64,000 bases of DNA from Vitrella brassicaformis CCMP3155 (GCA_001179505.1 CDMY01000388.1:1-64000); one strand, 5' to 3'. Shown: positions 10,338-23,002, counted from the first letter of the stretch. Notes: generated by a model not told the origin, from the sequence alone. Made by a program: numbers and translations.

Positions 10338-13300
10338 ATGGAAACCTTCTCACGTCGCTCGCCTAGGGAGATCAGACGTGAATGGCATTCTAAGCTCGCA
10401 AGAGGCGCAAGGGGGGGGCAGACCGATCTGAAAACCTTTGACCTCAAAGGAGCTGACTTGTCCGCTTCTGTTTTTACGCGTCATGACAGCATCAGGCTCC
10501 GCCCTCCTGTGTACCCAAACATCAGCAGCACGCCGAAGCCGCCTGCCCTTCCACTGCCCCCAAGCCATCTGAGCGTCGAGGCGCTCTTCGACCACACACA
10601 GCCCGATTCCAGCTCTGCAAGCAGCATGATCCCATCTCGCAGCCCAACGCACGACTACCACCATCCACACACCACACAGGAGGCCTCCTACCAGCGGATT
10701 GGCTCAGGCTTGCCGCATCAGGTGCCGAATGCGACCCCTCCGTCACTCATGCGGCCGGCTGCTCAGAGGGCGGCCACGACGCAGATGGCGGGGGGCCCGC
10801 CGCGATTTGGGCGGGAGAACACGAGGGGGAAGGAGGGGAAGAAAGAGGCTGACAACAAAAAGCCGACGGGGAAGCAAACAGGGCCTCCGACGCCGCCCAG
10901 CAAGCCGTGAGACAGAGGGAAATGTAGGCACATACATGCACTCACTCGTGTGGTGCTCTTGTCTCCCTTTCACCTACCTTGATTGCAGTCGTGACGTGAC
11001 CCCCCCACGTCAGCATCCGTCCGCCGCCCCTCCGGCAGGCACCCCCATCCCATCCTTTGCCAACAACAGCGCCAAGCCACCAGCTGGCAATACTCATGCC
11101 AAGGCGTCGAGACCGGCAAAGCACTTCCTCCCCGACCCCCTCCAGTCGCCAGTTGACGAGGGAGACGACATTGATCTGCCTGTGGCTGGGCTGCCATCGC
11201 CGAAGACCACCAGACAGCGGCTGACGAACCTCATCAACGACATGGAAAGCCTCAAGAAAAACGCTAGAATGGTGGCAGGGAGAGAGGAGGGGTGCAAAGG
11301 TGGAGGGTGGACATGCATGGGTATATGTGTGTGGGTGTGTGGGGTGGTCAGGCGATTGAGCGATTTGCGTCCGGGAAGAAGATGCGTGTGGACGCCTTAC
11401 CTGCCGATCACCAGCTGTCGTATGACGACATATACGACATGGTCATGTGGCTGCTCGAGAAGAACGAAATCGGTCTTCCCGTGCCTATGAAAGGTGACTG
11501 ACTGGACACACACACACACACACATCCATTCATCTCCGGGTGTATCGTTGGTGCACACACTTATAGATGCGATTGAGCGTGTGTGTTGGAAGTATGATGT
11601 GGATGCGCGGCGGGAGGCGCCGCTGGAGGCCTTCCAGGACATCTGGCGGTTCACCCTCTGCCACATCAGAGACACACACTTCCCACTCAAAATGAAGTCA
11701 GCGGACATTTCTTCCAACCTCTCACTATGTCAATGAATGCTGTATGTCTGTGTGTCTGTCTCTTTGCCCCTCCCTCCCTCTCTGTTTGTGCGCGTGAAGG
11801 TTCAAGCGTGAGGTGTTTGTGGGGCAGGCTAAGTACGGCAACCTTGAGCAGGTCTACAAAAGGGAAGAGAAACTCGGACAAGGACAGGTGAGCCAACTCA
11901 CCCAACAAAGAGAGAGGAGAAAGAAAGGCCGCACCCACCGCCCCTTCCCTCGCATGTGTGTGCCTGTAGTTCGGTCTGGTGTTCAAAGTCCGGGACCGCG
12001 TCAGCGGCCACCTTCGTTGCTGCAAGTCGATCGCCAAGTCGAGGGTGCTGCCCTCGGTGTCCGTCGAGCAGGTGGCCACGGAGATCACCATCCTGCGGCA
12101 GCTCGACCACCCCAACATCGTGCGCCTCAACGAGTGCTTCGAGGACCAGAACCACCTGTACCTCATTTTCGAGCTGATTGAGGGATACGACCTTCTGCAA
12201 GTGAGTGTGGTGCATTCTTCCCGTTTCTCTCTTCCTTCTGATGCCCCTTTTGGTCTACAGGTGCTGCTGAAGATGTCCCGGGAGGGCAAGTCGTTTTCGG
12301 AGCGGAAGGCGCGCCGCCTGATGCGGTCCGTCATGAGCGCTCTCGCCCACTGCCACTCGAGACGTGTGATGCACAAGGACCTCGCACCCAACAATATCAT
12401 GATACTCAAAGACACCAACAGCAACAGCAGCGGCGGAGACACCAGCAGCAGCAGCAGCAGCAGTGAGGGCAAGGAGAAGGGCGAAGAGCGGTCATCTGGG
12501 AAGGGCAAGAAGGACGAGAAGAGGGGGCTGCCGACGCTCGAGCAGCTCAAGGACTTCAAGGAAAGTGAGTGCATTAGTGGGTGGGAGGAGTGTATGGCTT
12601 GGAAGGGGCCTTTTCTCTGTGTGTCGTGTGACCGCTCCGTTCCTGTGCAGGCAACATCAAGGTGATAGATTTTGGCCTTTCTGAGATGTTCATCCCCGGC
12701 CAAATGTCTACCATGGAGGCTGGCACGCCTTACTACATGGCGCCAGAGGTCCCACACCTTCCCACTCCACAGACAGAGACACCACACGCACACACATGTC
12801 CGTCTCTCCATCTGTCCGTCAGGTGTTCCGTCGTCACTTCAACTACAAGTGCGACGTCTGGAGTGGGGGCATCCTCCTCTACCTCCTCCTCACCGGCCAC
12901 CTGCCCTTCGACGCCCCCTCAAAGGAGGAGTTCATCCGCCTCGTCGCATCCTCAGCGCCCCCCTTCCCCGACTCCCTCTTCGGCCACATCTCCGACCAGG
13001 CCGTCCAGCTGCTGTCCTCCATGCTCGACAAGGACGTCAACAGGCGGCCAACCGCCTCACAGGTGCTGTCTCACCCTTGGTTTGCGCTGAGCGGGACGTC
13101 GCAGGACCCGGTGCTGCAGCATGAGGGGCGGCGGATGAGCAGGGTGGGGGTTGGAACGGACGAGCGGTCGAGCTCGCTGATGCTCTACTCGGGCAACCCT
13201 CTGAGACACGTCACGCAGAGAGGATCCGCGTTTGTCAGATTCGCTGAGGTCGGCAAGCCCCCATTGAATTCCCTGTGTCCCTGCTCACAATACATATGTC

Positions 13301-13881
13301 TCCCTCTCTCAGGCGTCAGCATTGAAGCGCATCTGCCTCAATCTCGTAGCGATGCACCTGGGTTTCGACGCCGTCAACCGCGCCCCACAGGTGTTCACGG
13401 CCCTCGACACCGACCACGACGGCCTCCTCTCGTCAGCGGAGTTCGGCAAGGGCCTGCGGTCGATCGGCGTGCCCGACGACATGATATCCAAGATAGTGGA
13501 GGCGGTCGACCACGAGGGCCGCGGCCACGTGGGCTACACAGGATTCATCGCCGCGCTGCTGAGCGTGGGAGACGAGGAGGTCGAACGCAACATGTGGAAC
13601 GCATTCAGACAGGTCAGTGAGACACCATGACATACACAGGGGAGGGAGAGACACGTGTTTCCCGTCTGTGTGTGTGTCAGTTTGATGTCGACAACGATGG
13701 CGTGATCAGCCGGACTGACCTGCAGACGCTAATGAGACGGGGCGGCCTCAATCTGGAGGGCATCGCGGCGCCCGGCGGCCGACGGGCGTCTGTCAATGCC
13801 GACCAGATCCTGAACGAGCTCGACACTGACAAGGACGGCAAAATCACGTTTGAGGATTTCTGTGCCTTCCTGAGAACATGA
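10338..13881 (+). CDS. CDPK: Calcium-dependent protein kinase with long N-terminal extension (apicomplexan CDPK6/CDPK2A-like architecture)
   Basis: Spliced motifs LGQGQ|FGLVFKV, RCCKSIAK, HPNIVRLNECFED, HKDLAPNN, IDFGLSE, AGTPYYMAPE and KCDVWSGG, followed by a junction and four EF-hand loops (DTDHDGLLSSAE, DHEGRGHVGYTG, DVDNDGVISRTD, DTDKDGKITFED). Upstream exons (WKYDVD..FQDIWRFTLCHIRDTHFP) splice in frame. Confidence 0.9.
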
Positions 13882-14446
13882 TCGATCACATGGATGTCTG
13901 CTCGCTTCATGTGTTTGTGGATAGGGAGGTGGCTGCATGGATGGATGGACGTATGCGATGGATGGATGGATCCGTGTCGACTCGACGCTGTTTGTTGCTC
14001 CCTGCACCGCACCCAGGATTGTCTTTGCGGAAGGCATTCACCGTGCAGTGAATAGCCTGCGTCTCATGCGCATACACACGGACGGATCGACAGAAATATG
14101 CTCACATCTCGCTAACCAGTCTCCAACCAACAAACTAACCAACAGGCACAGCTAGCTAGTACTAGCCTAGAAGTGCCGGAAAGCACGGCACATCGGCCGT
14201 GCTGACCGGCACTCCGGCATGGACCGACCCTGCAGACAAAGGACATGACACGCACAGATGCAGCCGTACATACGCACAATAGTTTCCTCCTTCCATCCTC
14301 ACCATCTCTTCGTACACCTCATGCATGCCGTTGGCGTGCACGCAGGGGGCATGCGCAAGCAGCGGGCCTGGGGGGAACCTGTGTGAGACACACAGCACCA
14401 CACACAGGGCCGTATGCGTCTACATGGCCACGGCTGGTTGATGAGC

Positions 14447-15909
14447 TTACAGGTGGAGGACGTCGTCGATGTGGTCGACGATGACGTCATAGGCGTCCCA
14501 CATGTCGTCCTCTAGGTCCTGCAGCGGCCCAAAGGGCAGTCCCGTCACCAGGTCGTGCAACGCCGTCACCCGCTCGGCAAACTCATTGCCAACAAACACT
14601 GAAGAGCCACATACGTGAAGCATATGAAGATAGATAAGATGGGCAGGCAGGAACTTCTTTCTTTCTTTCTTTCTTGATGGATCTTACCTGGCAGCTCAGT
14701 GACGCGCTCGGCGATCCAGTCGTTGAGCCCCCACCTACGAGCATTGACGTACTCTCTACACAGGTGCGTCATTGTGGGGCCGTCCTCGTCGTTCATGTAG
14801 GCATCATTCCACACATTGTTGAGCTCCATCAGCTCCCGCTCGGCCCTCTCGATAAAATCCTCACTCACGAGTTGCAGCATCGTCCAGAAACACCCCACAA
14901 TGTCTTCACTGCACAGGAAGGACAAGACAACATGAGGGAAATACACCAGTGAGTGCGTCGAGACGTGAAGGTCTGTCTGTGTCGTTGCAAATACCGACCG
15001 ATACGACGGCTCCAGGCCCATCAGCGACCAGTGCGACGCGTATGCGAAGGTGCTCCGCATGCTCTCATACCGGCCGACGAAGCGGGGCTCCGTATGTGTC
15101 TGGTTGCCAATATAACGTGACCGGCAGAAGTCGACGAACTGTATGCGGAACTTGCCGTCACGCGGCAGCATGACTGCACACACAGAGAGAGAAAGGAACA
15201 CACAGGCAGAGGTGAGTTCCTTTCTTTTCCTGTCCGTGTGTGTTCCTGTGTACGGTTGCGAGGGTTCTGGTCGCCGTGGATATGGCCCGTGGCGTGGATC
15301 AACTTCAACGACAACACCTGAGAACACAGCCAAACACACAGACACGCATGCATACATGCATCCATCCATCCCACCCAGCCACCCGTCCATCCATTGCAAA
15401 GCCTTCCTTACCGCCTCACGCATGAGCTCAAACATGGCCTTGACAGGGAAGAGCCCGCCCTTGCCCCACCACCCCTGCGCCACGCCCTGGAGATCCTTGA
15501 GGCAGGACTCCATCACCATCCCCGCCATCCCCTGCCCCACCACAGTCCACCCCTTGAATGCCGGCACCGGCATCACATCCCTCCCGATCCCCTGCCGCTT
15601 GAGGTCGTCGAAGATGCGGTTCAAAGTCCACGCCTCCTCCATGATGTTGGTGTTGAAGGCAGCGGCATGCGCTGTCTTGATGGCGGCCTGCTCCCCGTCC
15701 AGGTATCCGACGGCTTCGTCGACGCGCCCGTCCGTGCCACTGCCGTAGGGGCTGCCGAGGACGTACAGCTTGGGCTGCACATCGGGGCTGGCCGAAAACG
15801 TCGGCAGCAGGGCGCCTTCTTGCGGCCATGGCGGGCCCGACGCCGCCGCCCATCGGAACACATGCCCAATTACGTCCCTGTCGGATGCATTCAGCTCCGT
15901 GACATCCAT
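14447..15909 (-). CDS. Divergent CK1-like protein kinase (K1), multi-exon
   Basis: G-loop YGSGTDGRV, beta3 AAIK, alphaC MEEAW, MVMESCLKDL, catalytic loop IHGDQNPRN, FVDFCRSR and CK1-type STFAYASHWSLMGLEPSYR|SEDI. The 3' end is approximate. Confidence 0.75.
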
Positions 15910-16250
15910 CGCCGTCGAGTTGGTGAACGAACAGTGCAAACAGGCTCCTGCTTGCACTGGAAAATGGTTCGTTTTACGGAGCCATCCGCATGCATCACCG
16001 AGCTCAGCCCCCCGCTTCGATAGATTTATCGTCTCTTCACGTCGAATCGCCGCCTCCGCCAAGCGAAGGATCTTCTGCGCGCGCGTGCATTCTCACACAG
16101 CAGCTGGTAGCAGCTGGTAAGGAAGCCTGGTTTATGGATGGATGATTTTGGATGGCTGAATGGCGTATGGAGTGGATCACCCGCCCAAGCAAGGGATACA
16201 TTGAGAGGCCAGCAAGTTTTGCAATGTACCTCTTCTCTGTGTATTGGTCA

Positions 16251-16700
16251 GAATCTGTTTGCGGGCCGGGGCGCTGAGTTGGGGATGGGATGCCTCTCAT
16301 CTTTTTTAGGGAAGAGATAATTGACAGATGGCATCCATGCACTCGCTTGTCCAAATGCCTCTCATCACATCATGTGATGGTTCCTCCATGACTGTTCATG
16401 TTCATGTTCCTCCATGCTCTCGCGTATATGTTCCTTTCGGCAACACACTTGTCTGTGTATCCGGGTATATGTCATGGCTGACATGCTGTGTTGTGTCTCC
16501 AAGCCATCGATGTCAGTGAACGGACACGCCAAAGAACGAGACAGCAAATATAAAATGGAGGCAACGACTACCTCTTCCCTCTACTGTCCAACCGGGCAGC
16601 GAGGAAACCAAGCAAGCAGACGGCAAATATACAATGTGAACACCGATTCCTCCTTCCTCTCCCCCCTTCCGCCCGCCTTGACGCCTCTGCACAGGCGGGG
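16251..16700. repeat. Dispersed non-coding repeat, copy 1 (homologous to 48738-49100)
   Basis: A 26-bp exact match gaatctgtttgcgggccggggcgctg occurs at 16251 and 48738. It is followed by colinear similarity, including two internal aaatat/caaaatg units and gattcctccttcc. Confidence 0.85.
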
Positions 16701-16874
16701 CCGTGTGTGCCGGTGAGGTCACCCACATGCACAGCGAGAAGGGTTGAAAAAGCTATGCAATAGCGGCAGATGGCTGGATGGTCGGAAAAGCTACGATTGG
16801 CTACAGTCCACCTCTCAAACCCTCGTACAGCCCTCGACAACCTGCACGCGACCGACCCGACAGCTAGCTACACA

Positions 16875-19465
16875 CTAAACAGTGATGTTGCACCGCTTGC
16901 GGCCCACCCCCTTGCGACTCTCCCCATTGGCCCACGCCAGGTCATCCTCACCCTCGCTCTCGTTGCTGTCGCCGTCCCTCTCTCGCGGCTCGTTGATGCT
17001 CTTGTCGTAGCGGCAGGGCTTGAGATTTCTTCGGCGCCGCTTGCGGGTGTGTGCGGCTTCCTCCTCCTCGGTGCTGGCGCTGGCACCAGAGCTGCTTGGG
17101 TCGGACGGTGGGGCCCCCTCCCACTCGACGTCCATTCCGCCCTCGCCCGACCCACCATCTCCGCCCGCTGCAATCCATTTTTTCCATGCAAGCATCATCT
17201 GTCTTCGGTGTTTCTGCTTACCACGTTGTCGGCCTCCCCTCGGCCCTCTCCCTCCTCTGCTGTCGCCTGCTGCTGGGGCAGGGGCGGTGGTGGTAGGGGC
17301 TTCGGCACGACAAACCCCTGACAGACACACAAACCCCTGAGGTGGGCTGTGTGCAGGAGTGTGTGCCGCCATGCTCACAGCCTGCTCAAAGGCTGTCTCT
17401 AGATCGTCCTTGTGGTAGGTGTCGGGCCCTTTGTCGATCCTGAATGGACGAGAAGGCACACAGAGAGGCAGACATTGTCCATTTGTGTCTCTGAATTCCC
17501 CTCCTCCCTCCCTTTCTTACTCGTCGACTATCATTTCGATGGTATCCCCGAAGAATTTCGACCCATAGGGCGTCATGTCGCCCAGCCCCAGCAGGTGCTC
17601 CAGCAGCTCCTTGACCTCACCAGCGGTCGACTCTTCATCCATGAATGCATCAATCAACACAAATGTGGTAGCACTGCATCAGTGTCCCTCACCCACTTAC
17701 TCACCCACCCACCGGGCAGCATTCCATAGATGTCGTCCACCCATTTCTTGTCTGCCTTAAGTTGCGGGCCTTGAGGTACTTCTCGGCCGCCGCCACCACG
17801 ATGGGGCGGCACGAACGAGCACTCGTCCACAAAGTGGAGGAGCTCTTTGAGCCACCACTTGAAGTCCGACGCCGTGGACTCTGAATGAAAGAATGAATGC
17901 ATACGTCAACCAACACATATAGCTGTGGTCAGGACAGCACAAGTTTCATCATGTCTGTGTGTCGTCCACCCTGGTCAGCATGCCGTAGATGTCATCTATC
18001 CACTTCTTGTCCGCCTTGTCTGCCTTGTGCCGGGCCCGCCACGGTGGGGTGGTCCTTGCCGCCCGGCCGTTTCTTCGCTATGGCCTGGGCCGTCGCCTCG
18101 CTCAGCGCCCTTGAGGCGGCGCGGAACTCGTCGCCCTCGAAGGCCTTGGTCGTCACCATGGCCAGGCAGGTACGCACACCAGCACACAGGTCCTCTCTGA
18201 GAGGACATCGCGAAGACAGGCGATGAGATGAATATCGTGGCTCCTTCATTCGCTTACCTTCCGTTCCACATGAGGCCTTTGAACGTGTGGGCGCTCGCGA
18301 AGAGGTTGGTCCCTCGCATCGACCAGCCGCGGCCCACAAAAGGCGCCTTGGCCTCGCCCTTCCACCGATGCGGCTGGGGTCCAGGGAGCGGGAGGCGTCG
18401 ATGACTTTCGGCAGGAACGGCACCTTCTCGCTAAACATAACGTTGCCCATCTTCAGGTCGAAATGGCCCTTGCCCGCGGCGTCGAGTTTGGGTTGATACG
18501 CTCCAGACAAATATAAAATGTAGACAACGATAGTCCATCAGCACCTCTGTCTGCTTCGCGGCCGACGAAGATTGGCTCTATCTGCCACCGCTGGACCTGG
18601 ATGCCCTCGACGCATCGATCAGCTTGGGCATGAAGGGCACCGTCAAGCTAAACATAATGTTGCCCTTGCTCAGGTCCTGGTGGGCCTTGCCGGCGGCATG
18701 GAACTGCTGCAGGGCACAAACCTGCATGCATGCACACACAAAGACATCTTGTAAGACAAGTTCATCCTTTCTTTGGCGCGTGAGTCGTACCACGCCACCC
18801 CATCGCCGGCGCTGCAGCGCGACGATCTGCACACATATATACATCCATACACACACAAACAGCCGACAAGTCAGAATGCATCCGCATCTTCGATCCCTCC
18901 TTTCTCTCTTTCTCTCTTGTTGCATGCATCATCCATTCATACCACGTGCTCACACAACTGCAGTGCCGCCTTGATGGGCAGCGGCCGCCCCATCTTGGCC
19001 TGGTACTCCCTTATCAGGTCCTTCAGGTCGCACTGAAACTTCTCCATCACCAGGATGCTCATCGTGCGCCAGCCCTCGGCCTCATACTTGGTAACGCCCA
19101 TGACCTTGGGTACCAGCGGCTTCTCCCTTGCCCTCATGGCCGCCTTGTAGACCGCTGTCAGTTTTTTGGCGTCGTTGGCGAGGGCGTGATCGCCGTGGTG
19201 GTAGCTTTTGCCGACATAGCTGCTGCCGTCACACCGCCGTCTGCACCCTTTTTGAGGGCCTTGTCCACCTGGAGCTCGAGCGGCTCTTCTCCGATGTCGG
19301 CGGCGGATTGGAGAAGGACTCTGGCGCCGACAGGGGGGTGGCAGAGCGCATCGGCGGTGTCGGCAAAAGGGCGCCTGCTTGCCGCCACGGGCCCTACGAC
19401 GCCGCCCATGTGAAAACCTTCTCCAACACCTCCCTATCAGATGCGTTCAAGCTCCTGACATCCAT
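16875..19465 (-). pseudogene. Disrupted paralog (K2) of the divergent CK1-like kinase
   Basis: Begins MDVRSLNASDREVLEKVFTWAAS* (K1: MDVTELNASDRDVIGHVFRWAAAS). There is an in-frame TAG at 19394-19396 and frameshifts before and after the G-loop (KKGADGGV / SYVGKS). Later exons read HQDLSKGN..LIDASR, HFDLKMGN..VIDASR and EVKELLEHLLGLG. Confidence 0.7.
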
Positions 19466-19622
19466 CGCTTGCTGGGTGAACGAAAGAGCGCAAACAAGCT
19501 GTTGCCCAGGCAATCGGTTGAGAACGGGCCGCGGGTTCGAAAAAAAGAAAAAGCCCCCGTCTCTCATTTTGCCGTCTCACTTTCTCGACACGATATATCT
19601 CGCCTTCTCTGCTCATTTGGCA

Positions 19623-21544
19623 ATGGTTCCTCGGCCACGCTACTCGAGCCTGCAGCGTGACATCCGTGGCGTGCGGCAGGGCGCCATCGATGAGGCCAAG
19701 CGGAAGATCTTCGGCCACCTTTCCGGCAAGGTGGGAGAGAAGTTCTTCACGCGGCCGCTGATGGCCAAGCAGCTCAACAGGTGGTACTACCCGGCTCGAT
19801 TCCTGCTGCTCAACTTCCACGTCGAGCACTACTTCCAAATGCAGGTAGGTGCGTGCAAAGGTCATGGCTGATCTTGCCTTGCGTGTGTGATGAGATGAGA
19901 TGAGATGTGATGTGTTCGTTCGTTCGTTTGTCTGTTTGCCAACAGGCCCAGCGGTTTGCGCCCACTGCTGCGCATCCGTCGATGGCGTACCTGTCCAAGT
20001 GCTTGGATGAGGTGTGCCGGAAGCGGGATGCCATCCGGGAGCTGTTTGGGCAGATGGACGAGAAGACCTTCTCGAACAACCCTTCACTGCAGGACCTGTA
20101 CAGGTAAGTGAGAGGGACAGAAGAGAAGACAAGAGATGCAGGCAACATATGCATTGGATGACTGCTTATCTTGCGTGTCGTGTGTGGGTGTGGGTGGCTG
20201 CAGCTTGTATCGGACATTGCAGTCCGACAATCCTCTGCCCTTTGAGCCTGACCCACGGCTGTGGCGCGACAACGGCTTCAACTGGTACAACATGAGCACT
20301 CACACGCCTGAAGACGCCAGCAAAGGTACCACCTGACCCTCTCCCTCCCTCACACCACCACACCCACCCATCAATCCATGTGTGTCTGTACGCTTTTATG
20401 CAGCTCTCACCCTCCTAGAGTCGTCTTACCGCGAAGACCCCTCCCACAGCAACTGGGCACAAGACCTAAGGTCGCTCAAAGAGGCCCCCTCCCCCGCCCA
20501 CCTCTCATCCTTGATCCAAGACAAACTCGGACAGCGCCACCAGCGCGCCACTGCTGACAATGGCTCCAGTGACAGGAGGCTGGGCGCTCGGCTGATGAAG
20601 GCCAAGACGGGCTTCGACGTCAGCTACACCCAGCTCACGGACAAGCCGATCGTCGACGCGAGGCAGCGATGGCGAATGCGCGACGACAGAGAGAAGGAGG
20701 TCCGGATGAGCAAGGCGAGGGAGGAGCGGAGAGAGGAGAGGGCGGCGCTGGCGGCGGCAGAGGCCAGGAAGACCACCACCCCATCAGCAGGAGGCAAGGA
20801 GGGCCGGTACCAGCTGCCGACCACCACCACTGGCCCAGCCGCCCCGGAGGGCATCGTGACGCAGGAGGATGAGGAGCAGGAGGCTGTTGATGAGGCAGAG
20901 CCAGAGGCAGCAATGGACCCAGAGGCTCTCAGCCAAGGCGTGCAAGAGGGGGAAAGGGAGGGGGGCACACTGGGAGAGGGGGAGGGAGAGGAGCACCCTC
21001 CCACGACACCAGAAGGCCCGTCCAAGAGCGGCGCTGAGGCGCAGTGGGAGGTCATGATGCGGCTCGTCGACGACAAGGACCTCGCCAACCAGCAGAGAGT
21101 CATTGGTAAGCGATGAAGGCAGAGGGGGAGGGAGGGAGGGAGGGAGGGAGGGAGGCACGGACACTCATCGATGGATGCCTTTATCTGTGTGGTGTTGTGT
21201 TGGTGCAGACGAGCGGCGGCATGAGCTTGAGAGTGCGTTGGGTCGCGACCCCCGGCTGCGGGCATACTACAAGACACGCCACAGGTTCTTCGAGCCCCTC
21301 TTCCGCCGACGACGCATCGCATACCTCGACAAGTCAGTCAGACACCCTCCCCCAACACACATGTGTGCCATATGGACGTGTGTGTGTGTGTGTGCGTGCG
21401 TGTTGCAGGTTGTCCCGCGGTCGCATCAAGCATGAGAAGGAGAAGAAGTACCACCGTTACATGGAGGACCACCCGGACGAGGCCGAGGTGTGGCCCCACA
21501 ACAAGGGATCCATCACCGTGCCATGGCCGTCGCCATTCAACTAG
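19623..21544 (+). CDS. Extended mitochondrial ribosomal small-subunit protein, mS33-like N-terminus
   Basis: IDEAKRKIFGHLSGKVGEKFFTRPLMAKQLNRWYYP resembles the MRP-S33/Rsm27 signature (IFG...K/R..L.....WYP). Phase-consistent exons run to ..WPHNKGSITVPWPSPFN*. Confidence 0.6.
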
Positions 21545-21824
21545 CCCACAGACCGACCGAGCGCGACTTCCTCTTCGACAATTGTCGTGTAGACCGAACG
21601 CGTTGATGGCTTCTGCCTCCAGGCTGATCAGCCTGGCTGATCAGCCTGGAGGCAGACGCCGTCAGCGGTGCGGATGGTGAACGCGACAACCGGAGAGAGA
21701 TCACGAGGGGGATGGTTTGCGCTTTACTGATCGCTCACAGCGTGTCATGTATTGTATACAAGCACTTCCCACCCACGTTTTCTGTGTATGGCTGTCGAGT
21801 GCTACGTTGCGGGTCCCTTGCGTG

Positions 21825-22267
21825 TTCATCGGCTTGCCCATGTCGCGGGCAAGACGGTGCGTTCGCCGGGGAGCCGCGACGCCCACAGGCAGCCACACAG
21901 ATATGGCTGTGTGTATGTGTGAGGAAGGACCATCGTCCGTTCGATGCGATGCGCGCGTGATATGCGGCATTCTGCCTGAGACCGTTCGTTTGGTGAGGTG
22001 AGCTTGTTCGTCTATCGACTGATCGCTCGGTCTGGGTCACCATACACATGCTAACACAGATGCATACAGACAGGCAGACTAGTAAACCCACTCACACAAA
22101 GCCAATATTGTGGCTGCCGTCAGCCATGCTGCACCCATGCCACCCATCCACACCATCGTCTGTACCAATCAAATGTTCGCCTGTACCTACCAGAGATGAC
22201 GTGTGGCTGCCTGTGTAGCGTCCCAGCCGCGCAGATGGCAAGCCCGAGTCACGGGCAAGCCGATGAA
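21825..22267. repeat. Imperfect inverted repeat in a convergent intergenic region
   Basis: Two perfect 15-bp complementary blocks: 21884-21898 with 22201-22215, and 21825-21839 with 22253-22267. Confidence 0.8.
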
Positions 22268-23002
22268 TGCACCACGGGTCGGCAGCGCGACACAAGGCAT
22301 CCGCACACAGAGAGAGAACTTACGTAGGAACACCATATGTGGGTGGGCACCCTTTGTGTTTTCCTCTCTTCGCTCTCTCGAGGAAAATCGCCCCGACGTA
22401 CGTACTAACATGCCAAAAGAAGCCTCAAATCATAACTAACCATCACATTACCAAATCGACGTTTCATTCTACCTTCCGTCAGCCTGCCTGCCTGCCTGCC
22501 TGTGTGTCAGCTGTTGGTGTCTCGTGAGCTCCAGTCCCCCGACACTTTTGACAACCAACGCCACTTGACACGTTGGCCATCCAGGTACCGGGCACAGACG
22601 GCATTCACGAGGCACTGCCAGCAGACACCACCTAGCAGGAAGCAGTACGTATGTATGTCTGTACCAATCCGGTCTCTCTCCCCCATTCATCGCTCGCTCG
22701 ATGGAAGGTGAGTCAAATCGTGTCAGCTGAGAGCCCCCCATCTCCGCCAATCATCAGGACACAGGCATCCGATGACTGAAGGAAATGGAGGCGATTCTCA
22801 ACACGACGCGACACACGTCCGATCGAGGATTCGCTTCAGGAGAGAGAGAATGGGAAAACCACTGACTTAACATCACACAGAGACCAACAGCCACCCGAAA
22901 AAACACAGCCGCCCATCCATCCATCCATCCGACCACGCACAACTCATCGATCTAGGTATCGATGTGCGTATGCACATGTCTCTCTCCCTCGTGTGTGTCG
23001 AC

